The notes: generated by a model from the letters alone, not told the origin. A stretch of 64,000 bases of DNA from Octopus sinensis (GCF_006345805.1 NC_043002.1:24490001-24554000); one strand, 5' to 3'. Counted from the first letter of the stretch, positions 39,189 to 52,979 are shown. A program made the numbers and translations.

Positions 39189-40349
39189 ACCTGTGGCATT
39201 GTGACATAGTCTTTGATGTTATGATTGATATTGGTCACATCATCCCTACTTTATATCTGACATTAGTGCCATTACCTTGATAGGTTGAGATATCTCTTAT
39301 GTTGATAGTGTTGTTTAACCTCAGGTCATTCCTAATTGAACATACTCATGATCAAATGTGTCATAGACAGAACCATACTGTCCTTAAAGGAATTGCATTT
39401 TTAAAAGACTATTATATCTTAAGATTATATCACATCTTTAAGACATATGTCAACCTCATTTTTAAAAACGGGTAGGTGTAATGAAAAAAAAAAATTGACA
39501 GTTATTTCTGCCACATCAAGTGACCACGTGGAGGCTCTCTCACCTCTTTACCAAAATTGTTCATAATGACTATTTCCTGTTCTTCTATTGCTAAATAACC
39601 CTCTCCCTTTTAGAGAGGTTATCATCTACTGTGATATATATTTATGATATTCTTCTCATACCTGCTTTTTTGGCTCGTTAAGTTCAATAACCAGACCTGC
39701 TAGGTAATAATGACTGTATTGTGCAGCAGATCAATATTGGCATCATACAAATGCTGTATGGACTTTTATTAGTCTCGTGACTTGTTATTGTTTGAGTTTA
39801 GTCAATATTGTTGTTGATGTGAAATTTACTAGTGGCCAGTAAGTGGTTTCTATTTTCTTCAAGTCTGATGCTTGTCTATGTCTCTCTCTCCTTTTCTTTC
39901 TCTCCCCTTTCTTCTCTTTCTCCTTCTCTCTAAGTGTCCAATGAAGTACGTTACCCTCTCTGAAATGTTGGCATCATTACTGACACACAGACACATTCAA
40001 GCAATTAACTGTTTGATATAATTTTCCTTGTCACATACATCATTTGTGCACTCTTTATAGACCCACACACATACACACACGCACACGCACATGCACACAC
40101 ACACATACACACTCAATAAATGTGTCTCCATTGATTTCAACTACAAATATTATATTCAGCTGTTCAATCAATCCTCCAAATGAATTAGCATGTAAATGGC
40201 TGAGTATTCCTTAATGTAACCCTCAAGTAGAATCGATATGAAACAGTGTGTAACATAGTCACATCTTTGAAATATAGTACAATCCATTCCTTTGAATTAC
40301 AGTACAACCCATTCAGTTAGCTTTCATGCTGTTTTCATCTGCTACTCAT

Positions 40350-40692
40350 GAATATGCATGTAAGAGTTCCCATGGACAGCCAGTCTTAAGCTCTTCTGTG
40401 ATGGCTTGTTGGACTGTAATGAATAGGAGGGGACTAAGGACTGAAACTTGATGAACTTTTTCCCTTACACTAAATTCATCACTGAAATTGTTATTGACTC
40501 TCACTTTACTTTCTTTTGTCTACACCCAATTGTCCTTAGTGACCACCAGGTTACCAATACCAAATGTGGTAAATTGTTAAATGTCTTCTCCAAGTCACCA
40601 AATGACAGGAAAAGGAGTTTCCTCTTAGCCAAATATTTCTCCTGCAGTTGCTTCACTAGAAAATTTGCAACCACTTCTGACCACAAAGCCAT
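40350..40692 (-). pseudogene. RTE-clade reverse transcriptase fragment
   Basis: NFLVKQLQEKYLAKRKLLFLSFGDLEKTFNNLP..WWSLRTIG, then SKVRV..FS..VHQVSVLSP, matching RTE RT motifs QLQEK, FVDLEKAFDRVP, VHQGSVLSP. Confidence 0.85.
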
Positions 40693-40713
40693 ACATACTC
40701 AGACACACAAATA

Positions 40714-40777
<64 letters not shown>

Positions 40778-40907
40778 AGTGGCTTGTGAACAGCACCCAG
40801 CATAGTCTGTTAACTGGCTGGGATTAGGAAGGGCATCCAGCCGTAGAACCCATGCCAGCATGGAAAGCAGACGTTATACAAAGATAATGAAAATATATAT
40901 ATACATA

Positions 40908-41610
40908 CATCATCATCGTCGTTTAACGTCCATTTTCCATGCTAGCATGGGTTGGACGGTTTCACTGAGGGCTGGTGAACCAGATGGGTGCACCAGGCTC
41001 CAGTCTTGATCTGGCAGAGTTTCTACAGCTGGATGCCCTTCCTAACACCAACCACTCCGAGAGTGTAGTGGGTGCTTTTTACGTGCCACCGGCATGGGGG
41101 CCAGTCAGGCGGTACTAGCAATGACCTTGCTCGAATCTTTTTACACATGCCAACAGCACAGGTGCCAGTAAGGCAATGCTGGTAACGATCTCGCTCGAAT
41201 GGTGCCCTTACATGCCACCAGCATGGAAGCCAGTTAACCACTCTGGCAATGATCACGCTTGGATGGTACTCTTAGCACCCTACTAGCACAGGGCACAAGT
41301 GCCAGTAAGGCGACACTGGTGACGATGACACTCAAATGGTGCCTTTTATGTGCCACTGGCACGGAAGCCGGTTAGCCGCTCTGTCAATGATCATGCTTGT
41401 ATGGTGCTCGTGCCCGTCATCAAATTTCACTTTGCTTTTGATTTCATTTGCCTCAGCAGGTCATTGCAAGCAGAGTTTAGTGTCCAAAGAAGGAAAAGGT
41501 ACGCACAAGTGGGCTGGTTACGCCCCTGGCATAGGCCACGAGGTTATGGTCTCATTTGGCTTGCTGGGTCTTCACAAGCACAGCATAATTCCAAAGGTCT
41601 CGGTCATATA
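40908..41610 (-). mobile_element. 5'-truncated RTE LINE: last ORF codons plus 3' UTR with ~60-bp minisatellite
   Basis: Minus strand DRDLWNYAVLVKTQQAK* at ~41610-41550, then 5-6 tandem units, then tail CCAACCCATGCTAGCATGGAAAATGGACGTTAAACG(ATG)n. Confidence 0.85.
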
Positions 41611-41620
41611 TATATGTATA

Positions 41621-41671
<51 letters not shown>

Positions 41672-42599
41672 CTTTGCAAATATTTTTCTCCTGAATTATT
41701 TGCTCCATATTGAAATTATTTTCACACTGGTGGTTGCCATGATTTGGTGCAAAACAAATCAGTTGCAGCACAGACTTCAACGTGATGGGTTGGGGCTCTC
41801 TATCATGGTAACACATGCTGAGGAAGGTGAGGCTGTAATGCCAGTCCAGAAACCAGTCCATGTGAATCCAAATACTTGAATGTATGCTGAGAGATTGTCT
41901 TAGCCCGTTTGCCTTCAGATGGTTGATTTCTGTAGTTATCAGTGTATTTTAGTGATTTAAATATGAGTTTTGACTGTTATTTCCAGCAAGTAGATATCAG
42001 CTATATATATAAATGCTATATGTATATAGTATTTCCAGTGTGTATAGTTATATGTACAACCACTACTGGTGAATTTTGAGTTCCATGTAGATTATCATCA
42101 TCCAGTCTACTGTAATAAAGTGCTTCCTTGAAGAACTGTTGTAGCTCTGTATCCAATTGCACTATGAACACCCACTGCAGAGGATACAATAGCCACAATA
42201 ACAGAACATGCATAAAGAGCAAACGGTATAAATTGCACCATGTGCATGCATACGTGTGTGTGTATGCATGCACGCACGCACATTCTTTTAATATGGCTAG
42301 CCTCTTTATAACTAAGTATTGTATATAGACATATTAGAAGCAGTGTATGTAGATGGTAAATAATTTCAGATGAAAGAGTTCTTGTTTAGAGGTGTTGAGG
42401 CGGTAATACAGAGATAGTGACAGGCTAACAGACAAATAGCTCTTATGTTTGTTTGGTTTATCAGGGGTGGTTATAGGGTGGATAAGGGGACCTTCCATGT
42501 CTAACAAGGCATTGATAATTACAGTCTTTAGCTGCTCTCTTTCTCCTGTTCACTGGGTAAAGTGGTTTGTGAACCATCTCTACCAATACTGCACAGTCA

Positions 42600-42768
42600 T
42601 CATTATCATGACTACCACTATCACCTCCACCGATACACAGCTGCTGCCACCGCCACCACCACCATCACCATAACCACCACCACCACCATGTTCACTACCA
42701 GCATCACAATCACATCTACCATCTTAAGAATCCAGGTTACAACCTCCTCTGCCACCATCACCACTGTG

Positions 42769-42799
<31 letters not shown>

Positions 42800-43760
42800 A
42801 TTCATCATGATGAGAACTTGCAACAAAACATCCATTCATTATTTGAACTAACTTATCTGCACCCCCCCCACATCCCATCTATTGTTTCCTTACTCACTCC
42901 ACATCCTCCCTACTAGTTATCTCCCTCTCCTCCCCCTCTGTCAACCAAATCTTCCAGTAAAAAGGGCTCTTTGTTATATATGATAGTGTGGGAATTAGAA
43001 CTCCCACCTCCTCTTTTTCCCTTTTTTTACTCTTTATTTCTGCTCCCCCCCCTCTTTCTCTCTCTTGCTCTATCTTACTGTTTTCTTTTGCCTCCTTCTT
43101 TTGCTCTTTTCTCCTCACTCTAGCTTTATTTCACTTCCTTTATCTTCTTGGCTCTCTCCCTATCATTGTCATCATCATCATCATCACCCCCCCCCCCATA
43201 CATGGCAATATTGAGTTATATGGTCATTCAACCTGCTAGAAATAGAACTCAAATCTCCTTCAAATCATATCGTACAATCTTAAAAATAATGAATATTGGA
43301 TAAAAGAAAAGGGATGTGATTTTTTTCATTCACAAAATATGCATTTTTAAAAGTAAGTAAAATATCTGAAAATCGGCTGTAATAATGTAGAGCAAAATTA
43401 AAGGGGGCTCATTTTGCGAATGAAAAAGACTAGACCCAAGAAAAGGGTGGGAAAAATAGAGACTGAATAAACTTGAACATCTTTGTGCATTGGACTGCTT
43501 GATCAATGCTAACTTGGGTTAACCAACAATAACATTCATTATCACTACTATCATGTCTCTAACCACCACCACCACCACCACTGCCTCTGCCATCATTAAC
43601 TCACTTGTTTGTCCCTTTCTTTTACTCACACTCTACACCACTACCACCACCACCATCACCACCACCACCACCACCATCACAGCTACCAACATATACCTTC
43701 CCCAATAACAACATAGCCCCACCATCACCACCACTACCACCACCAATACAACCACTATTA
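42600..43760. repeat. (ACC)n/(CAT)n/(CT)-rich low-complexity tracts
   Basis: Directly visible; similar tracts at 47990-48680, 49250-49480 and 54180-54350. Confidence 0.9.
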
Positions 43761-44252
43761 CTTCACCAAGCCTGTTATAAAACGACCTGTAATTATTTCT
43801 GGCTATCACTAACTCCCAGTTCAGTTGTGAAACTGGGATAATGTGAATGGGTGGTTTAGGGGAATGCCTTTTTTTAATTTCTCACCAGCAATGTGGGTTA
43901 AGAAGTTTGGGTGGCTGGTCTGTTGGTGGGGTAGATCAACCTTTTTGTTCATTTTTTGTTCATTTATTAGTTATTTGATAGGATGTTGGGGGTGATGGTG
44001 TCAGAAATGTATAGACAGAAGTGGGAGGTCAGGTTAGAGCAATTTTCCAGGTAAATTGAAACAATTTTATCTTCTGTCTTCTTTTTCTCTTTTCTTCTTC
44101 ATTGACCTCTTCTCTGCTTTCTTCTTTCCCACCATTTCCTGATATGAAAAATAAAAAAATTGACTTCCAGGTGGTGGAGTAAAGAAGTGGGGGCAGTGGA
44201 AAGGGCAGGTTGTAGGTAAATAAATGCGCATGCACGCAGGCACACACATACG

Positions 44253-44288
<36 letters not shown>

Positions 44289-46997
44289 GATGTTTGTGTG
44301 GATGTATTCATATTTGAGTGAACTATTATTGCCTCTATTGGTGACAAAGAGTTTCTCTGTCTGCACTGAAGTTAGACTACATGGAATATGTCTAAGAAAT
44401 ATGGTGCCACATAATGGTGACAAATGGAGCATTGAATGGGGGGAAAGTCTGCAAAGGATTGAGAGATGGGAGTTCAGTAAAATCTGTTGAATGAATGCAT
44501 GTGATTTAGTGGTTAGGGTATTTGGTTCATATCATAAAGTCTTGAGTTCAATTCCTTGTGGTATATTGTATCCTTGAGCAAAACACTTTATTTCATCTAG
44601 TCTTCTGGATTCTGGGCTTCACAGATGCGATGTCGCAGAAAATGATATGCAACACCTCCTTCCAGATAATAATTGCGTAACACACATTGAATGTTGCACA
44701 ACGTCCTTCCTTCTTTAGGCCTTCAATTTTGACGGTGTAGTGGGGCACTGTCATAACATACATAACTTGAACACAGTATGTCATAAGCTTGTTATATTAA
44801 TAAGTGTAATGAAATTATGAATAACACATTTATCAAAATGCTCAAATATTGAAAATGGGTTTTCCAAAGCCTTAAATTATACTTTTAAAAATCTACAACT
44901 TACCTTGACACTCCTTGTGTTGCATACCTGGGGGTTATATCTGCCCAAAATATTTTAGAGTAAAGTTAAATACACCTAGATAAATGTCTTCCACTTCTTG
45001 TCATTCTTAGTGACCCCAGTCCTGCACTAAACATAACACCCAGTTCCTTTTCCCTGGAATAGAATCTTCTATTTGCTCATGCCTTGCAGTTGTTGACTTG
45101 CCACAGTTTAAATGGAACATTAATTGTATCAAGCTCACTGGTCACACAGGGCCTCCAAAACTTCTAGGCAGTGCCTCTGCCTTTAGACTGAACAAGTGAA
45201 AAAGAAAAGCTAGTACACTGGTTGATGTAGAAGTCTTTTAATATCTTTGCATTAAACATTGTAATACTTACTTTTGCATATATTCTTATATAGAAGGTAT
45301 CTCATATTATTTCTTGAGAGATGCTACACAGATCAAGAGTAGATAGATTCACCAATCAGATGCTCAGTGCCATGATAGCAGATGTTAAACATTGACCTTA
45401 ACATTTTTGGGGAACCCTTGAAACATGTTATTACTGTTTAACTTTTAAAAAACAACCCTGAATAAATAGATCTAAGGTCATAAAGATGTAGTCTGCTTTT
45501 GAACATCCTATCTTTTTATAGTATTTATATGTTCTTCTTTTGAAGATTGTACAGAGTGACTAGGAAAGCAGGTCAAGTGAACACATAAATGCTTCCTCAT
45601 TGTCTTGTAGAAAGGTGTTTTTGATTGTCGTAGCTTTGATTATCCTTCAAAAAGAATCTGGGAAAGTTAACTGTGATAGACTGGCATCTTATCCATGAGA
45701 ATGGGTGAATTTATCTCCCATCTGTTTATTACTTTCAGTGATTGAGTACTTATTCTTAGTTGAATGAATACCAATATCATACTGCTATATATTTTGTCAA
45801 CTAAACAAAAGACTGAAGAGCTGTGCAGTGGACCCCTGTTCTACTTTTAAGTGGGGTTTCCATGCAGAAATGTGGCACCTAGCTAACTTGCTACTGTTTG
45901 CACCAGAAAATACCACAGCCATTCATGCTTCCTGGTCTGCCTTAAGTAGCTTTAAGACATACACTCGCTCACACAGATATATACACATTGATGTATATGC
46001 GCTTCAATGCACATGTGTGTGTGTGTGTGGATAGGTAGATGTGTTCATGCACATGAGCAAATTATATGTCCAGATGTATGCCCATACATGTTTACACACA
46101 CACAGACATAGTTGTTGCTTGAAAGAGAGTATGATTTGGCCATACTTTCACTGATTGTTGTAGGGATATAGGTAGTTGCAAGCAGACATAAACTCCTTTT
46201 CAGATTTCCCTCCCATGGCCCAGAGGAACATCCAGGATGTAACAGCTGGAGAGAGAAGAATGGGTGGCTGTGTCAGCACTAGCTGGCACTTTTTTTCAGC
46301 TGAGTTGACTGGAGCATAGTGAAATAAAATACCTTGCTCAAGAACACAGCACACTGCTAGGAATGGTCTTCTGGTTCATATAAAAAATATGAGCAAAAGA
46401 TGTCAATGAATTCACACCTCCTCTCACTTGAGCTTAATATTGTCATTGCAAATATATTGAGTTCTAACAACTGGGTATTGGTTTTGCTACATCAAAGTGG
46501 TATTAGGAAGGGCATCCAGCTGTATAAATCATGCCAAAGCACATGGGACCTGGGCTGGGGAGCTGGCCAGCTCCATGGCAAACTGTCTAACTCATGCCAG
46601 CATGGGAAACAAATGTTAAATGATGATGATGTTATATATATATATTATACATATATTTATTTATAAACACACCCATTTATATATGTATATATGCGTGTGT
46701 GTATATATATATACATATATATATAAAGCAATAAATTTTTTATACATCTATATGTGGAGAAAGGGAGAGAGAGGGAGAAAGAGACAGATACTTGCACACA
46801 ATTAAGCAGGATCATATGACTAAATATTTATACACATGCGTACAATTTCACATTCATCTCTACATACATAATTAAGTAAGTAAATGGATAGCCATAGTTT
46901 CAACAATGAATATTCCATCTGTTCAATCAACTGAACTACCTCATCTTTGAATTATAGTGTAAACGGCTGAATGTACCACAAACATTTGTTTCCACAA

Positions 46998-47195
46998 CCC
47001 TTTTGATACCAAACCACTTGAGACTGTGCTTGGTTCTATGATATGATATGGCTTGAATTAAAACTTTTCATCAAAATTTCATGTTATTCTCCCAAAAATA
47101 GATTAATAATGATTTTATTATTTCACTAAATCTTCATTAGGTTTAAAATTAGAGATGAAATATTGAATTTTTATAGGAATATAGTAAGAGAAGGG
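46998..47195. mobile_element. piggyBac-like MITE, diverged
   Basis: CCCTTTTGATACC start shared with 49657; ends GAAGGG|TTAA. Confidence 0.6.
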
Positions 47196-47589
47196 TTAAT
47201 ATAATCCTTCCTGAGGCAATGTGTGTTACAAAGCCGGCCCTGTTAATTGCATGTACAATCCATCTGATGAGTTTCCTTTGTTTCATCTATCCAATTTCAC
47301 TTAAGAAGCTTGGGTCAAACCAATTCAATGAGAAAGTGTACTTGCCCAAGATGTCATGCAGTGAAATTGAAATTGAGACCTCATGATTACAAAGCAAACG
47401 TCTTTATCACCCATCCATGTCTGTGTATACATACACCTTGGCACACACATGCGTGCACACACATTCATACACAGTTATATATAGATATATACTCACACAC
47501 ACATATATATATACACTTGAATATTTATAAAAGCATTACCTAAACGGAAACCACACCTAAATATAAGATGGCAGGACAGGAAGGTGTGT

Positions 47590-47634
<45 letters not shown>

Positions 47635-49656
47635 GGGTAGGAAAATTTGGTGTATATATATTTGGTTTGGTGATAGGAGTATTTTGGTATATAAGTGAAT
47701 GTGTTTGTTGTAAGGATGATGTGGTGGGTGAGTTAGTAGTGTTGGTGGTTGTGGAAGTGGTGTTATTGTTGTAGTTGTTTATGTAGCTTCCAAGCCAGTT
47801 CTCATTGAGCATATCTATAATGAAAGGCATTCCAATTGTGACCATCTAGTTTGTTTTTCTCTCTCAGTATAGTGTAACATGGACAACATTAACTGCTGTG
47901 TTTCTTTTTAAGATGGTAAGATGTTATTTGAGTAAGATTAGAATGCTATTTCTAGCAGGTTCAGTGACCATGTAGAGGTTCCTTTGTTGGCTTGTGGTGG
48001 TGGTATTGGTAATGGTAATGTAGTAGCGGTGTTAGTTGTGTTGATGGTGCTGGTGTTGGTATTGACACTGGTGATGATGATGATGATGGTGGAGGTGGTG
48101 GTAGTGGTGGTTTGTCATTGGTTGTAGTGTTGATCGATGTTGGTGGTGGTTTCTGATGTGGTGGTGGCATAGGTAGTTGTTGTTGGTAGTAGAAATGAGT
48201 GGTGTTAGTGGTACTGGTATTGACAGTTGTGGTGATGGTTGTGGTTTTGGTAGTTGTGGTAGTAGTGGTGAGAGTAATGGTGGTAGTATGTGGTGCTGAA
48301 GGTAATAATGGTGATACAGTGTTGGTGCTGCTGTTGGTGGTGGTGGTGGTAATAGTGCGTGGTGATGGTGATGTGGTGCTGGTGGCTGTTGTTGGTAGTG
48401 ATGCCAATACAGTGGTGGTGGTAATTGTTGTTGTTCTTGTGGTGGTGGCAGTGGTAATAGTGAGTGGTTGTGACATTGCAGTGGTGGTGATAGTGGTGGT
48501 TGTATTGCAGGTAGTGGTAGTAAGGGTGGTGTGTATTTAGTGAATGTATTGTCATTGTAATTGTTGTTGTTGTTGCTAGTTGTAGTAGTAGTAGTAGTAG
48601 GGAAGTAAGTGGTATTGTTGGTTCTGGTAGTAATTGTTGTTATTGTTAGTGGTGTTCATGATGGTGGAGTTGGTGAGGTTGTTTCCTCTGCATCTAGTTT
48701 GAAGTTTTCTCTCTTTCTCTTGTCATTGCCTTTGTTTGTCTTAGATGTGTACAACTGTATGTAACAGCGGCAACATCAGCATGTTGCAATAGCTGCACTG
48801 AATTGCACTGATGTTTTGGCTAGATGTATGCTTTGTTTCAAGAGAGAGAGAGAGAGAGAGATTTATATATATGTTTGCAGTTCTCCATTCTTTGAATTCT
48901 TGAAACTGTCAGCTTTTGAAAAAAAAAAGAGAGAGGGTGGTAGTGGTGGGAGTGAGGCGAAAAGGAAAGGTGGAAGAGAGAGAGAGAGGGAAAAAAGTGA
49001 GAGTGGGGAGAGAGAAAAGTAGCTTTCTTCTGATGAGAAAAAAGAAAACAGAAGACATTAAGCAGTAAAAACAACATTGCTGCTGCTCCTGATGTTGATA
49101 ATAATAATAGTAATAATTCTAATAATAATGTTGGTGATTAATAATAAAAATGTGCACTTGTATACTGACAGATTAATTTTCTAGTTTGTTGGGGTTTATT
49201 TTGTACAAAAAAAAATGTATATTTTTTCCTTTTTTTTTTGTCTTGTTCCATCACTTCCATCTCCTTCATCACCATCCAATAATCATTATCATCCATTGCA
49301 CCACCACCATCATCATCATCGTCACCACTATCATATTTATAAAAAAATTGTTATCCTCATTACTGTAGTCACTAGTGCCACTGCTTCCACTGTCACTGAT
49401 ATGGTGACGGTGGTGATGGTGGTGTAGATGGTAATGACGGTGGTAATGTTGTTGATAATGACGGTGGTGATGCTAATGGAATGGGTGAGGATAGTGTGTG
49501 TGCCTTGACAGAATTTCAACTGAAGTACATGAAATACTGAACTAAATATACTGTAAAGCAACTAACCAAATATCTACAGTCTGTGTTGCTTCTACTGACA
49601 CTATTACCCTTACAAGTTAATTACTAACTCAAGTTAGGTTATAGTTATCCCTTTAA

Positions 49657-49878
49657 CCCTTTTGATACCAACCTGGCCAAAACCGCCTCTGGTTTCATAG
49701 TACAAATGTCTTGTTTTCATAAGTTTTGAATTAAAATCTTCCACCAAACCTAAGTCACAATTCATGTTCCTAACACTAGCTTAATGATAACTAAGTTCTT
49801 TTACTAAATTCTTTGTTATATTTAAAATGAATTGAATGAAAAACAGAGCATCTCAAAATAAATACGGTAACGAAAGGG
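49657..49878. mobile_element. piggyBac-like MITE (222 bp)
   Basis: TTAA|CCCTTTTGATACC ... GGTAACGAAAGGG|TTAA; TIR match 11/13; TTAA TSD. Confidence 0.85.
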
Positions 49879-50164
49879 TTAAATAACATCAAGGTTCAGC
49901 CATTCAAAAAGGGTTGGCACTTAGTTGTGAGGGGTTTCTTGTCTCTTACCTTTACTTTAGGCTCATTATTTTCTTGCTTCTTCTTCTTCTTTTATCATTT
50001 CTGATTGTCTCTTAACACTCTCTAAACACCAGCTGCCCTCTGTCACCATGTGACAGTAGACTAGAACAGCTGCTCATAACCTCTGTGCTGGGGGCACTGG
50101 TAATGAATCGATCTCATTTATCTTTGGCTAACCTTGGTTCTAGGAACATTGATGGCAGCAGCCA

Positions 50165-50617
50165 ATGTCTTCACCTCAGTGGCTTACTGTTGTCACCATT
50201 TCTACTGCTGTTTGTTTTCCTCTCCTTTTTTTATGCCTTTCCTCTGCTGCAGCAAATGAACTCACCCAACCTTTGCAACAATACAACTACTCTGCACCTC
50301 CATCTGGTCAACTCTTAGCTCCCTTGATGGACTATAAACTCCAGGATAGTCTTGAGACCTTTGGAGAGTCGTTGGAACCTCGAGGTCCATGCAGGTCACC
50401 ACATGTTGCAAGTCACCTCTACACCCACCACCTGCCTATTCTGAGCCACATAGATGAGGACAGGTTGTCAATATCGGTACCAATACATCTCCCTTTACCT
50501 TGTACTACTACTACCACCACCACCACCACCACCACCACCACCACCATCATCATCAATATCACTGCCACTGCCACCAATAATGTGGTTATTTTTAAATGTG
50601 GTCAAAGTTACAAATGA
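50165..50617 (+). CDS. Candidate secreted-protein exon/ORF (150 aa)
   Basis: MSSPQWLTVVTISTAVCFPLLFLCLSSAAA|NE signal peptide with A-x-A site; ~110 non-repetitive codons, NYS sequon, poly-Thr tract; acceptor-like TTCTAG at 50143. Confidence 0.5.
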   Translation: MSSPQWLTVVTISTAVCFPLLFLCLSSAAANELTQPLQQYNYSAPPSGQLLAPLMDYKLQDSLETFGESLEPRGPCRSPHVASHLYTHHLPILSHIDEDRLSISVPIHLPLPCTTTTTTTTTTTTTTIIINITATATNNVVIFKCGQSYK

Positions 50618-50981
50618 CCATCTGGTAGGAATATACTCAGTAAGAAAAAAAAAAAGAAAAAAAACACAAGCCTTTTTCCATCTCATTTTCCTGGAGTGGA
50701 GGCTAATCCAAAAGTAGTCTGGTATAAAAAAAAATAAACATTTTTTTGATCAGATAATCTGTAAAGAAAATATCATCTAAGAGAGAGCTCTGTAAATATA
50801 TGTGTCTACACACAGCAAACATCAACAACAGCAACAATAATATTAATGGTGATGTCTAACATTAGTACAAATCCATAAAAGTTTGGAGAGAAGTTGATTA
50901 AATCAACTCCAGTACTTAATTATGTTTATTTTATTGACCCTGTCAGGGATAATGGGCAAAGTTGACTGCAGTAGGACTTAA

Positions 50982-51201
50982 CCCTTTAGTATTCAGATTA
51001 CTCTGTCAAATGTGATACTTATTTATTCACATTGTTTTGAATTTATCCTGCATTACCTTGTAGCCTTGAGATTTTTATGATGTGATTGTTTATGTTTAAG
51101 ATGACATTTTCGAGCAGGTATGAGAGGCTAGATGTGGCCAGTTTGAACATAAAGCAAGTGGAATATTTTGGCCTAATACGACCGGTTTAAATGATAAGGG
51201 A
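50982..51201. mobile_element. piggyBac-like MITE, second family
   Basis: TTAA|CCCTTTAGTATT ... AATGATAAGGGA|TTAA. Confidence 0.6.
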
Positions 51202-51304
51202 TTAAACCAAGTATTAAAACATACATAGTTAATTGCTCTGAGGCATTTTGTCCAGCTTCTTACCAGCTCTATCCATCCATAACTTTGGAAATATATTTCT
51301 TTAT

Positions 51305-51716
51305 ATTTCTTTATTGCCCACAAGGGGCTAAACATAAAGGGGACAAACAAGGACAGACAAAGGGATTAAGTTGATTACATCGACCCCAGTGCGAAATTGG
51401 TACTTTATTTATCGACCCCGAAAGGATGAAAGGCAAAGTCGACCTCGGCAGAATTTGAACTCAGAATGTAACGATAGACGAAATACCTATTTCTTCATTA
51501 CCCACAAGGGGCTAAACACAAAGAGGACAAACAAGGACATACAAATGGATTAAGTTGATTATATCGATCCCAGTGCGTAACTGGTACTTAATTTATCGAC
51601 CCCGAAAGGATAAAAGGCAAAGTTGACCTCAGTGGAATTTGAACTCAGAACGTAACGACAGACGAAATACCGCTAAGCATTTAGCTCGGCGTGCTAACGT
51701 GTCTGCCAGCTCGCCG
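51305..51716 (-). mobile_element. Tandem dimer of SINE family A (184-bp period)
   Basis: CCCACAAGGGG at 51317 and 51501; junction GAAATACC|TATTTCTT at 51487/51488. Confidence 0.9.
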
Positions 51717-52219
51717 AAAGGAATCAACCATTTAACCATTTTCCCAGAACATTTTCCCACACAATAGTTAGAACAGGTACTCACTACCATATTGTTGTTT
51801 AATGCACTTGAAACCTTTTTGCTCAGTCTCAGATTGCCACAACTACCTTAAATGCATTAGCTGTAAAATATGTGTTATGCATTTGTGTTATGTAATTATA
51901 GTTTGAAGTGGAATTTCTGGAATTTGATCTCTCTGCTTCTACAGAAAGACCCTCTCTCTTTTATTTTCTATCTCATTTCTTTTACCTCCTCTTTCTCTAT
52001 ATTTACCTCTGCCTTTTTATCTGTGAGTCTTTATTATATTCATTTATTTTAGTTTTTTTAAAAAACTTTTCATGATGCCTGATGAATTGCTTCTTAAAGG
52101 AGCAAACACATTATGGTGAGGCGGGGAGGGAGGGCTTGACGAAACAGATGACAGGAATGGAAGAGTAACACTAGAAGGGAAGGAGGCAGATAGGTAGTAG
52201 CATCAGCATCAGCAGCAGT

Positions 52220-52264
<45 letters not shown>

Positions 52265-52556
52265 AGTAGTTCTTGTTGTTTAACCTTAGATCATGTCTGA
52301 TCTAGCAGACTTACAATTAAAGGCATATCAGCTGTGATTCTATCCTGTATTTTATTTAGTTGTGATTGATGGTATGATTTAGCCCTGGCTAAAGATGCTG
52401 TTTGCAAGTCAATGGCACTGACCTCTTGGAAATGCCCAAAATAGCATTGGACAATAGATTTCAACAATGAGCTAGCAGAAACTTCTCTGCAGTTATTTAA
52501 AATGCTAGAAATTGCAATCAAACCTAGACACATTATGCCTGGAAAAAAAAAACCAT

Positions 52557-52979
52557 AGGCACAGGAGTGGCTGTGTGGTAAGTAGCTTGCTTACCAACCA
52601 CATGGTTCCGGGTTCAGTCCCACTGCGTGGCACCTTGGGCAAGTGTCTTCTACTATAACCTCGGGCCGACCAAAACCTTGTGAGTGGATTTGGTAGACGG
52701 AAACTGAAAGAAGCCCATGTATATATGTATGTATATATATATACATATATATATATGTATGTGTGTATGTTTGTGTGTCTGTTTATCCCCCCAACATCGC
52801 TTGACAACCGATGCTGGTGTGTTTACGTCCCCGTAACTTAGCGGTTTGGCAAAAGAGACCGATAGAATAAGTACTAGGCTTACAAAGAATAAGTCCTGAT
52901 GTCGATTTGCTCGACTAAAGCAGTGCTCCAGCATGGCCACTGTCAAATGACTGAAACAAGTAAAAGAGTAAAAGAGTAG
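52557..52979 (+). mobile_element. Full-length bipartite SINE family B
   Basis: tRNA-like head GGCACAGGAGTGGCTGTGTGGTAAG..GGTTCAGTCCC, CORE-like CCTTGGGCAAGT, internal (TA/TG)n, tail ending (AAAAGAGT)n. Confidence 0.9.

Noticed and set aside
41080-41410. CRISPR-like spaced repeats
   Set aside because: Units are degenerate along their whole length, lie within an RTE 3' UTR in eukaryotic DNA, and no cas genes are present.
47961-48555. Mucin-like Thr-rich and Val-rich ORFs
   Set aside because: Degenerate (GGT/GTA/GTT)n tracts open in several frames, with no splice support or domain.
52079-52155. Hammerhead-like CTGATGA followed by a hairpin
   Set aside because: No GAAA directly after the stem, no stem I or stem III partner, no second copy.
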